Origin: Basidiobolus meristosporus CBS 931.73
Taxonomy: Eukaryota; Fungi; Basidiobolomycota
NCBI GenBank assembly: GCA_002104905.1
Contig: MCFE01000807.1
Span: forward strand, 1 to 34,046
DNA: 34,046 bases
Reading direction: 5' to 3'
In this document: positions 1 through 10,686 of the stretch, in pieces
Layout: each line of letters begins with the position of its first letter
Position numbering within the stretch: position 1 is the stretch's first letter
Position numbers and translations under genes: made by a program
Notes under the pieces: generated by a model
Database searches by the model: none
What the model saw: only the letters and a program-made list of their open reading frames with translations
What the model was told of the DNA's origin: nothing

Positions 1-1900
1 TGGCCGTTGATACATATTCTGGTAGTTGCTTCCTTGAAAGGATAGCTGTATCTGGGGAGTCCCTGAGTGAAGGCTTGCATTTGGTAGCAAATCAGTGGGA
101 TGATACTAGCAAAGCGCTGTACTTACCAACAATTTTAGATCGGAGGTGAGAATACGAATGAGATCCAAGGGATTTCTCGCGAATGAAGCTCTGCTGTATG
201 GAAAATTGTCGGACCGGCGTAATCAGCACAAGGATATTACTATTTGCTTTGCTACGCTACGGCTGCAGGAAATAAATGGGTGATCTAGGAGTGTCTTCTA
301 AACACAAATGACGTGTGCTATTCAAGTCGCCCGAATCAAGCCTTGGTATCGTTCGTATACAAGCCGATGCAATTTGGTCAAACAAAAGGACGAAGTAAAG
401 TGAGGTTACGTATCAGCACTGGATCGATGAGTATGCTGATTTTCGATCCACGTTTTGAAAGGGCAGGAATGAATAGAGGATGAAGAGGAACAAGGGCACT
501 AACAAAGTAAAGAATGCAATTTGTGAGATTATATAGGTATCTACTCCACTGGACTCCTGTGCCACTTCACTTCCGAGCTTCTCACCTGATTTCCTAATTT
601 GGTTGAATCAGGTCGAGGAGGTATCCATTATCCTAAGAAGGTTCTTCCAATTATATGTCGATGAAGTTCTATTTGACGGAAAACAAATCCTTTCATTCTG
701 ACATTCAACCACCCACTGCAGAATTGAACAGAAACCGATTTCAGAAGCGATTCAAGTTCAAGCGCTGCGAGAATCACCGCGTAGCTGGTCACGATCTTAC
801 TAACGGTCCGAAACGATGGATCACAACGCTTTGCCGAGGAAAAGCAACGTGAGATGGAAAAAGATTTTCAAGTATAAATTACCCATCAAGTACTTTAGGG
901 ACTATTCTCGACCTAACAGAGTCACATAAGGTTGAATTGCAACCTGGAATGCAGCGTAGCCTGCTGAATATCAGGCGGAACTCGCTTATTGCAACATCCA
1001 AATTTACCCGCATCCGTTCAGACCTCATCGTTGTTAAAAATTTTCATGCCGCTGATTCTTTGGTAAACCTCACTCGCACAACATATCAGTGCGTTATACT
1101 TGGCTTTGTACTGAGATATCTCGCCTATAATTAAGAACGCTGAAACATTTGTACCACCTTTCATGCACACCTCGGCGCATCAAGTGAGATTTTGGCTTTG
1201 GATTTCTGTGCGATATGAGGGCAGAATGTTGGAATGAACAAGCCAACTTTACCCTCAATACCCAAATCCCTACACCTTCTCGTGCAAAGAAATCGATTTA
1301 GCAGATATTCCATATCTCTTCACACTATCCTGATCAGTACAACAGTATTGTACTTACCTTGACATAATCAATGCCAGGCACCGATCGGCACCATAAATAA
1401 CATTTCGCAGGCATTGTTCGGATACTGCCCTAAGTGGCCGTAGTTCCTTCGAGACAGCCACAACTGCCGCAAGATCTACATCGGTATTTTCCGGACTCAA
1501 CATCAAAATGCGCCTCTTGAAGCATGTTGCTTAGTAGTGGATTATTAGCCAAAACATGAGGCATTGTCTGACCACATGCTTGAGACTTGTACATGGTGAT
1601 CTTGGACAGAGAATTCCTTGGTGAACTAAAATTACCGTGGTTCACAATAACAATCACGCAGCAATCCAACATATTGCATAGAATCTAGATTGAGTGGCCT
1701 TTTGCTGCTAACCAATAAAAGCCAAAGGCTCATCGATGCGGATATTAGGCTGACAGCTATCGCGAATCGGGGGGAATCCTTCGTAGCTGCATCGACCATG
1801 GAATATTGGCCATCGACCTTCATGAGCATCTCCATATTGTCGCTAACACATAGACTGCTGCGATCTAAATGGACGAAGACATACTAGCGATGCTAGGTGT
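1..1900 (-). other. Possible exons of an unidentified spliced minus-strand gene with hydrophobic segments, running off the left edge; structure unresolved
   Basis: Minus-strand GTAAGT donor sites at 126-121 and 1357-1352. Hydrophobic open stretches: TYIISQIAFFTLLVPLFLFILYSFLPF (~540-455) and RFAIAVSLISASMSLWLLLVSS (ORF 1632-1835). I could not join these into one stop-free model and recognise no family. Confidence 0.2.
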
Positions 1901-4629
1901 GTGTGATGCGTCTTTCGTACCTGCAAGGTCACCCGTACAGCAGGCTACATTTACCGTTGCCATACCTCTGGGAGCCGGCTTTTAAGACACAAGTTAGTGG
2001 TGTCACTCTCATGGTCGGGACACAATGATCATTTCCAATTGATTCGAACTCCAGTGATCTACCACGATAGCAGCAAGTGACATCTGGGATCTAAGGGATC
2101 ATGAAGTTTACGGGTATTTTGGGATGATCCTAGTCCGCGGGACGAAGAAAATATTATCATTGAATCTGGTGAAGATCCAATTTCTTCAATTGCTCGCATT
2201 GGTGATTTGGTAAATGCTAGAACTAGCTTATCATAGACCAAGACACTCGCATACCTTTCCCACGAACAATCTGGGATAAATTGATGTATCAGATGCTCTA
2301 GCCAAGTAATTTATTCTAGCGACGAATGTACATCACGGGCGGCCTCAAAGGACGCTCTAGACGATGTAAAGCTTGCGATTCCACCAATATACTACATGAG
2401 TATTGGCTGTGCTGCGGCCGATCTCAACTACCCACAAAAACGAGGAGCGTAGAGCTCACCACTGGTTACTGGATATGGAATGAGCAGCTTATGGCATGGT
2501 GGGTATGTTATTGCCGCTCATGGATGCTCCAATAAGTACGCTCAGATGGGTGGTACAAATTTTGGGCGATTGAACTGATGATATTGCTTTTGGGACTGAA
2601 GGGCAACGGCGGCGGGCAAGTAGTAAAACATGCGAACTTGTCGGGTTTCTCTTACTCAACACCGAAATAGCACCAGTTCAAATTCCATATACATGTACCT
2701 AGCCTTGGCGAATCCGATCTTCTGTTCTGCCAGCAGTTGATGGAGCCGGAATATTACTGCTGGATACAGTGTTTCCTTTTGTTTCGCAATAATGAATGAC
2801 TGTGGGCGTAGCTTATTGCTCGATAGGGGAAAGTGGGGAGTGTCAAGTTTCTACTGAAATCATTCGACACACCTGGCCATTTATTTGTCGCCAAGTACCC
2901 TGATCAGAATACCAATTAGTCTTTGTATGAGGCGCAAGATATTCATTAACTTGGGCTTGGCTTAAGCCATGTGGACCAATGTTTCAAGCTTGGCTTCCAG
3001 GATTACCACAGGAATGGAGGCTATGCAGCATTACGTGCCCTAAATTCTCTTACAAATATAGTCAATGATATACGTAACAGCCCTCTAACCAAAGCCTTAA
3101 TATAAGGTGATTGGCGAGGGCTGAAAAGATTTCAAAATGCGCTGTATATCTGCTCCAGTATTATCGAGTGAATCCCGATCCAAACGGAAAATTATGCAAG
3201 AAATAATGCCGTACAATCAGCCAGAAAACCGGAGTGTTGCGGCATTTCATCCGCATATCGCCCATGGAAATATGAATGTAAACACACCACCATGAGTTGG
3301 GCATGCCTTTAGACTCACCGCGGTTAAAGTGTTTCCACCTTATTGCTGGGATTCCCCAGTGCCTGCAAATATTTCTAATTAGGAGTTTTAGTAGGACGAG
3401 CTCCTCAAGGTTATACCGATTTATACAATAGGAGGAAACAATACCGATGGCCAATAGTAGTCTGGGTTTGCCCATCAACGGTGATCTGGGTATTTATTTG
3501 CATGCCCAAGCCGTATACAAACAAACGAGCGTCTTTGTATATCCTAAGATAATCGTAGTTTTTGTATACTCGCTACAGGCGCATCACGTCAATGATGGCT
3601 TTTCTAGTGGGTTAGAGTGCTCAGAGTAATCGCTATTAGCCAACCAACAGAACTGAGGTGGTGGATGTATGCCATGTTCAGCCGAAGTGATGTGCCTGCG
3701 TCATTCAACAAGATTCGGTTGACACAGCAAAGTATGGTCGATCTGTGTTCCAAGCTGAACAGGCTTGCATGAGCATACATAATTTATACCATTGCTAATT
3801 ATGACACCACTATGGTCGATATCAAACTGGCTAGATGCAATCATAAACAATGCTTGGCTTTAGCTGTTCAGACACATTTCCATGAGATGCCCTATTCTGG
3901 AAATGGTAATCTGTATACGGATCAATCAAATATTGGCTTGGCATGAGTTGGCTGCCAACGATATGGCTCCTATCAGGGACATTGTAAACTGCCTTGAAAA
4001 GCCCTGGGCTAAGAAAGTTAGAGGTACAGGAGGGTTTGCATCAGGGCCGTACCTGTGATCCTATACCGCTACAATATCCCCTACGTGTTATTAAGCACTA
4101 GCAATGCATATCTATTAGCATCCTTATTGCGGGATGATGTAAACTAGTGGAAGCGTATCCAGAAAATATACACATTTGAATACATGGGCCGATTGGGTGG
4201 GCCCACAATATTATTGGCGATATTAGCCAGTGATATAAGGTTTCTCGAAAGTGACAATCAGCCTTCCTTAAAAGTAATTTAGTAATTGGCAAGCCCTGGC
4301 ACTTACTGGTTCATCAGATTATTACTTTGATTTTGGCGGAGGCAATCATCATTATCAATGCCATCGATCATAGCCAGCTTGATAGGTAGGAAATTTATAT
4401 GGAAGCGTAATTTATCCCGCACTCCCTAATCAGTAGGCTGGTATTCGTTATATTTCCACAGTGCCAACATATTTCTGTTTGTACATAAAAAGATGAGCTT
4501 CCTCCACCTACCTCCAACTATCATTCATTATTCGTTCATTGCAAACTTGTGTCTTTACTGGTGCTGACTCCACGATAGCCACTTGATCGGTTAGCTTCGG
4601 ATTTCACTTTGTTTTTAAAAGATCCCAAA

Positions 4630-6273
4630 ATGCTCCATTCTTGCACACTCACTATACTATGGCTCCTAGTCTTAGTTCCGTCTTTTCTGGCCCAGGATCC
4701 TGTGGTCACTCCCAATCCGAATTATGTTGCAATATTGAACGACTCACTTTGGTTTTACGAGGCCCAAAGAAGCGGAGCGTTAAATGTGAACGGCTATCAG
4801 TCGCGGGTACCCTGGCGGCACGATTCCGGTTTAGGCGACGGAAAGGATGTCGGTGTGGATCTAACAGGCGGGTACTACGATGCTGGCGACTACCTGAAGT
4901 TTTTGCTTCCGATGGCTTATAGCTTGACCATCAGCTCTTGGGGTGCTATTGAATTCTGGCCTGGCTACAAACTTGCTTCGCAAGATAATTATCTACGAGA
5001 TATGCTCAAGTGGGGTACAGATTGGATTATCAAGGCTCACACCGACGCTAGTGTACTCTATGTACAAGTAGGCAAAGGAAACGTTGACAACAACTATTGG
5101 GGACCTGACACTGGCATCCCAACTCCTCGCCCCTCTTACAAAATTGACGTAGATCATCCAGGAACAGATGTTGCAAGCGAGGCTGCGGCTTCCCTCGCAG
5201 CCTCTTCAATTGTATTCCGAAACAATCTAGGTGACGCTGCCTATGCTGACACATTGATTAAGCATGCCCGCGACCTCTACAACTTTGCGGACACTGCTCG
5301 AAAGACCGAGTATCAAAAATCCGTAACGGATGCCAAGGAATTCTACGCATCCACCGGATATGGCGACGAATTGGTGTGGGGAGCCCTGTGGCTATATCGC
5401 GCCACGAACGATACTCAGTATCTCAACACTGCTCTAAAATATTTTGACCAGTACAACCTAGCAGGCAAAACCGCCCCCATGGATTGGAATGAAAAAACGC
5501 CCGGCATTTATGTTCTTGCCTCAGAGATTCTTACGGACTCTAATGCCCAAAGGTTCCAGAAAGAAGCAGAAGCCTGGCTGGAGGGGGTAGTCAGCGGAAC
5601 CAAGGACGGGACATTCACTAGAGGCGGTATGATATGGTTCCCAGGCACTAGTGAAATGGCCTCAACAGTCCCAGCAAACACCTGCTCCTTCTTAGCTAGT
5701 ATCTATAGCTACAGCGTCTTATCCAAATCAACAACTGATGACAGCAATGCAAAGAGAGCCAAGTACGAAGCATTCATGCAGACCCAATTGGACTATCTTC
5801 TAGGTAAGAATCCGCAATTCACACCCTATGTTGTTGGTGTGCATCCAAATTCCCCGCAAAATCCACATCACGCGGGTGCACATGGAGGTACCGATGTCGG
5901 AAATCTGAACAGCCCGCCTCAAAATCAGCACGTCCTCTACGGCGCCATGGTAGGTGGGCCTAACAAGGACGACGAATTCTATGACGAACGTAGCGACTGG
6001 CAACAATCCGAAGTCGCCCTGGATTACAACGCACCGTTCCAGGGATTGATGGCTCGCCAGGTGATGTTTGCCACAAGCGATCCACCATACACTACGCTAC
6101 CTTATATGCCGCGTCCAACTCGTCCCAACAAGAGCAAAACAGCCCTTATCATCGGCCTTACCATCACGGCAGTGATTGTGGTTGTATGTGCTATTGCGAT
6201 TTATCTGCTACGACATCGCATTTCGTCTTGGTGGAAAAGCAGACGTAGTATTAAAAACGAAACCTCTGCCTAG
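4630..6273 (+). CDS. Glycoside hydrolase family 9 (endoglucanase-like), signal peptide plus C-terminal transmembrane anchor; intronless, 547 aa
   Basis: One uninterrupted ORF; first ATG at 4630 (the track starts at TTG 4609). N-terminal hydrophobic signal MLHSCTLTILWLLVLVPSFLA. GH9 motifs: FYEAQRSG, LTGGYYDAGDYLKF (catalytic Asp pair), DELVWGALWLYRAT, YVVGVHPNSPQNPHH, LYGAMVGGP, DERSDWQQSEVALDYNAPF (catalytic Glu). TM helix ALIIGLTITAVIVVVCAIAIYLL followed by a basic tail. Confidence 0.95.
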   Translation: MLHSCTLTILWLLVLVPSFLAQDPVVTPNPNYVAILNDSLWFYEAQRSGALNVNGYQSRVPWRHDSGLGDGKDVGVDLTGGYYDAGDYLKFLLPMAYSLTISSWGAIEFWPGYKLASQDNYLRDMLKWGTDWIIKAHTDASVLYVQVGKGNVDNNYWGPDTGIPTPRPSYKIDVDHPGTDVASEAAASLAASSIVFRNNLGDAAYADTLIKHARDLYNFADTARKTEYQKSVTDAKEFYASTGYGDELVWGALWLYRATNDTQYLNTALKYFDQYNLAGKTAPMDWNEKTPGIYVLASEILTDSNAQRFQKEAEAWLEGVVSGTKDGTFTRGGMIWFPGTSEMASTVPANTCSFLASIYSYSVLSKSTTDDSNAKRAKYEAFMQTQLDYLLGKNPQFTPYVVGVHPNSPQNPHHAGAHGGTDVGNLNSPPQNQHVLYGAMVGGPNKDDEFYDERSDWQQSEVALDYNAPFQGLMARQVMFATSDPPYTTLPYMPRPTRPNKSKTALIIGLTITAVIVVVCAIAIYLLRHRISSWWKSRRSIKNETSA

Positions 6274-6939
6274 GGGTTTGATGCCCATATCGCCACACTT
6301 CGCTCTCATGCATATTCATTCATGTGTATTTCAATCCTCGTCCTTTTTGTATTTATCCTTCTTCTTTCGTCTAATTTAATCATGTGTCCCGACAGTCTGT
6401 TTCTGTTGGAAGGGATGCCTTTAGGATCAGGGGTGTATTCACAAATCCATTCTTCACATTTCCCATCTGTTGGTGATGACGCCTCCGGTAAGGTCACTGA
6501 CTGCGATGGAGTTCGCTTGTAAAGGCCATTGAGAAATAAAGAGATATGTAGCCAACCTTTAGCCGGACCCACGAACGATTCTACCGGTAGTACAGATACA
6601 TGGAATCTGCAGTGGATCTTTTCAGGAGATTATTGCGCATGTATGATCTCAACATCGGTATCTGGCCAAGGATATCCTCGAATGGCGGCTTGCTTGATGT
6701 CATGGGATGATCAAGCCAATACAACAGGCTGCTTGGACATATTGATGATTTACAAATGAGTAACTACAGTCGCAATCAGCCGCCCCGTGTGATCACTATT
6801 AAGACATTGATTTGTGAATAAAGATCTCAGGCCATTAGTTCAGTAAAAATAGCGGCCTAATCAGCGGTCTCGGATGTCTGGGAACGCCCCCTTTCAGCTT
6901 GTCGTCCAGACTGGAGCAGTTCATGACCGAAAGCGCCCT

Positions 6940-7260
6940 TCAGGTAGGATGGTTCTGCGAATGAAACCCGATCGGAGGACTGCGTATTTCGCTGAGAATC
7001 TCTTGAATAACTTGTAAATCACAATGCAGGTGTTTCTCGAGTTTGCCATCTATTTTTACCTGGAGTGTACTTGTCTTAACGTAGTAATTAATGAGTTGCA
7101 CTTGCCTCGACTGAAATAGCGCAGCGATGGACTGAGCATTTATGGTAATATTGGTCAAGGTTTCGTCAAATGCACCCGTATTAAATATGATGCCAGAGTT
7201 CGATGTTTTAAACACACCGTTCCTTTTTTGGCAAAAAATTGTATCGCTTTCTGGAGCCTT
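6940..7260 (-). CDS. Hypothetical small ORF/exon with coding-like composition, no recognised family
   Basis: Stop-free frame APESDTIFCQKRNGVFKTSNSGIIFNTGAFDETLTNITINAQSIAALFQSRQVQLINYYVKTSTLQVKIDGKLEKHLHCDLQVIQEILSEIRSPP. It is preceded by a possible intron (CAG|GTAAAA at ~7320 ... TAAG| at ~7260) that would join LFTAIWKKTRDGNCQ in frame. Confidence 0.25.
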   Translation of the reverse strand, partial: KAPESDTIFCQKRNGVFKTSNSGIIFNTGAFDETLTNITINAQSIAALFQSRQVQLINYYVKTSTLQVKIDGKLEKHLHCDLQVIQEILSEIRSPPIGFHSQNHPT

Positions 7261-7392
7261 ACATATGATATATGAAAAATGTCATTTCAACATTCGAACA
7301 GTGTGTTCGTGCTTTTACCTGGCAATTCCCATCTCTTGTCTTTTTCCAGATAGCTGTAAAGAGACCAAAGTTCTCTTCTTCGTTTGTCTGAT

Positions 7393-9739
7393 ATGAAGAT
7401 TCCTTTAGAGGTCTTTGTGCTACCGATTCTATCCTATCGAACAGAGTGTGCACCAGCATCACAACTGGTTGTGCCCAAGTGGAAGTCCTTTCACTCATCT
7501 GCTGTGGCCAACGGTAAACTTGTCATATTCGGTGGTATTGACAACACTACACTAGTGAGTAATCCCACAACGTTACCCGGTACTACTGATTTGTATGTTT
7601 GGGATCTGAAGACCCATGCATGGTTCCAACCGGTACAAGATAGCGCACCAAAAGTTCCCCAGAAATTTCATGCATCCATCAGTCCCATTACCTCCAACAA
7701 AATATTTACTTTCATGCCATATTTTGATGAAACGGAAGGGCCAGTTGCAGTACTCGACACTAATAGCTGGTCTTGGTCGTATGTGTCCTCAGGTAGGCAG
7801 CCATATAGGCCCTGATGCAAACCTTAACGCTCGTCTGAAATCTAACAATTGTCAGCTGGCGCCACTCCTATGCCTCGAATGGCTTTTACATACACCATTT
7901 CAAATGAGGAAGCTTATTTATTCGGAGGAATCCAGACTTTCAATACTGGCGCCTTCAACGGGGCTAGCATATTCAGTGATCTCAGCAACTTCGTAAGTGC
8001 GCGAGATAGAGAAGCAATAGGATCTCACTAAGACTTTCCTACATCCACTACAATAGGATACCTCACAACGATTTTGGTATTCTGCCTCACCAGGTCCAGG
8101 CGTGTATTTTCATGCGGCCTGTTACCTCGCATCGCAAAACAGCATATTATTCTTTGGAGGAAGCGCACAGGATCAAGCAGTGAATAGGCTTCACCTGTAT
8201 AATCTCACCACTAAAAGTTGGCAATTAGATGTACCTTATTCGGGTGCAAACGGAGGATCTACAGTACCCAGTGCTAGGTTTGTGTTTTTGCTCATAAATT
8301 GGATAATGGGCTGGATTTAATTACTACTTTGTGACTTGTACAGAATAGGGCACACTGCGAATTGCCTCACAGACAAAATGATCATTTTTGGTAATTATGG
8401 GCACCTTGATTTCGGGAATCATGTTCCAAAATTAAACATGCTGCAGGTGGAACCGGAGGAACTGGCCAAGACGCCATCAATCCGCCAAACGACAACGATG
8501 TCTGGATACTGGAACTCATTAATGATACGTTTTTCTGGAGCAGAGCGCCTATTATGAACAAGTCCAAATCCCCAACCGCTAGAATGGGTGAATATCACCA
8601 AACTAATCACTGTCAGCGTATTGGCTAATCCTAAGGTTAAAATCATGTAGGGCATACAGCCGCCTTGATGGATAATCAGCTATTCATATATGGAGGCGTT
8701 GGTGCCGAAGGAGACAACAGTATTTACGGCCTTGATCTATCTATTTGGAACTGGACAAGATTCGATGCAGACTTCACGGTTAACGAGCCTGTGCCTACTA
8801 ATATCCCCTTTGAACCTGACACCGCTACCGACAGCAATGGCACTCAGAGCTCAAATGGGAAAGCTGTTATTATTGTAGCCATTCTAAGCAGTTTCGTTGG
8901 GATTTTGGTCATGGGGATAATTACTGGGATTGGAATTAGAAACTGGAAGCGGAAAATACGTAGGAAAAGAGCTGGCCAACCCATGGGGAGTAAGCCTTAT
9001 CCAGACCTTGCGCTTATTCCTCGTTCTGGTGAGAGCCCTCAATCCACAGACTATGATACCAGCTTGCCTGGCGGGGAAAATTCGTTAAGAGCTTTTCATC
9101 ACGATTCACCGTCCCAAGGAAGTAGAAATATTCTTCTAGCAGCCACTGGAAGTGCCTCTACCTCGATTGGACCAAACAGCGAATTCCATCCATCATCAGA
9201 CACCTATAGCCACGGACTACGGAGTCATGGTAGTATTTCCAATAGCGGGATCAATGATAAACATATTCACGAGGCCCTCAGCCCCTTGGATCGGATAGCG
9301 TATCTCTCATTAGAAGAGCAATATCAAAGCGAAGCATCTAAACAACCCAACACCTTCCAACATGAATACTCAGATACACACTCGGATCTAAGGCTTTCGG
9401 ATCAGACCGGGCAGAGTTTGCATGTTGCCAACAGTTTAAATTCCAGGATTCCTGAAGATGAAGCCCAACTGCATCCCCAATTAATTCAACTTTCTCCGAA
9501 GAAAAATTCACAACTCAGCTCCAATAGCAGACAGAGGTACAGTGGGGATTGCAATCTTGACGTATATGCAACGGTACACAATCAACATCCAGCGGTGAAA
9601 GAGAGTCTGAAGGCTCTGAGAGAAGCACTGTTAGCGGAAGTCTCCATCAAAGTTCCGCGGCTTTTTGTAATCATGGTATGTTTCTAACATCGAGCACACA
9701 CCACGCTCAATAGAACCTAACCTATCTTTAGCCCAGTGA
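7393..9739 (+). CDS. Kelch/galactose-oxidase-like beta-propeller single-pass membrane protein (6-8 exons; 3' end uncertain)
   Basis: Spliced exons give Kelch repeats with the GG-x-W signature: FHSSAVANGKLVIFGG...LYVWDLKTHAW; RMAFTYTISNEEAYLFGG; FHAACYLASQNSILFFGG...LYNLTTKSW; RIGHTANCLTDKMIIFGG...VWILEL; RMGHTAALMDNQLFIYGG...LDLSIWNW. Introns start at ~7792 GTAGGC, ~7993 GTAAGT, ~8278 GTTTGT, ~8391 GTAATT, ~8589 GTGAAT. TM AVIIVAILSSFVGILVMGIITGIGI then RNWKRKIRRKR and a Ser-rich tail. Probable extra introns 9537-9592 and 9676-9731 give stop 9737-9739; unspliced stop is at 9687. Confidence 0.85.
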
Positions 9740-9846
9740 GCACGCTGGAGAATCTTGGGAGTCGCCAAGGTAAATTATCGTCACTTGTTTGAATTTTCTT
9801 CACTCAATGAGTTCAACTTGACTAAATTTGACCTCTCCGCAACAGT

Positions 9847-10686
9847 ATGTGGAACCAAGATACATTTCTGCTGTACATCCTTTGTGAGCACCACAACACG
9901 CATATTACAACACACCCTGGGTTTCCTATTGCAAATCCACATGAATTTCTAAGAAACTGTAAGTACCTTCAAACTAGCCTCAGTGGCCGTTGGTATATTG
10001 CCTCTGACTCGCATATATGATAGCCGGTATTCTGATATCCACCATCGCTCGTTATTGCTCTATCCACTCTCTCCCCTTCCATGCATCGACGACGTTTCAG
10101 CGATATCTAGCCAAAAATGGTGACAATTCGCTAGAAGAGTACTTTATCAAGCTTGTAAATATACTTGAAACATATACTGGGGAGAGAGATCCTGGCGACT
10201 GCACAGTTGGCTGGCGAAGAGGTGACGAAGAAAGCCAACTACAGTGGCTAGAATATGCAAGAGGAAAACTGCCATACGCTCGAAGCTTGGGGCTGACGCA
10301 GCTAAAAGGTATTCAAATTACTCCATATAACCATGGCGATCAATAGACATCATCGTGACATATCTCAATATAGACTACCTCCCTGAGCATGTCACGTCGC
10401 GCCCGTTGGCTGGTCTTCACTATACCAACATCAGCGTGGAAACCCCAGGTAACAGCCCGGAAAGTACACGTTGGCTCTGCGGCTACCATCTTAGAAGGTA
10501 CAATGCCACACATACAACTTGAACACCTCCATATACCACTGAGAGCGCGCATTTTACTTGACATTCAATCCATTTGGATGTAGCTATCATGCCATTGTAC
10601 ATTCTAATCAGCCATTTCCGCTTTGGCAGTTGAAGATAATCAACATAATTATTTTCGTTCATGGTCTCAGAACAAATCCAGAATAA
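9847..10686 (+). CDS. Hypothetical spliced orphan gene (about 3-4 exons), function unknown
   Basis: ATG 9847 frame MWNQDTFLLYILCEHHNTHITTHPGFPIANPHEFLRN ends at a GTAAGT donor (~9959). Splicing to ATAG| (~10023) joins the 10017-10346 ORF in frame (SGILISTIARYC...NSLEEYFIKLVNILETYTGERDP...TQLK). Further GT..AG pairs (~10309-10373, ~10497-10583) extend it to a stop at 10684-10686. The 3' exons are speculative. Confidence 0.3.

Noticed and set aside
2030-2060. GTTCGAATC B-box/T-loop-like sequence on the minus strand
   Set aside because: The flanks do not form a T-stem or cloverleaf, so it is not a tRNA.
6322-6522. Small ORF with an apparent signal peptide (MCISILVLFVFILLLSS)
   Set aside because: The hydrophobicity comes from the T-rich 3' UTR of the GH9 gene; no other support.
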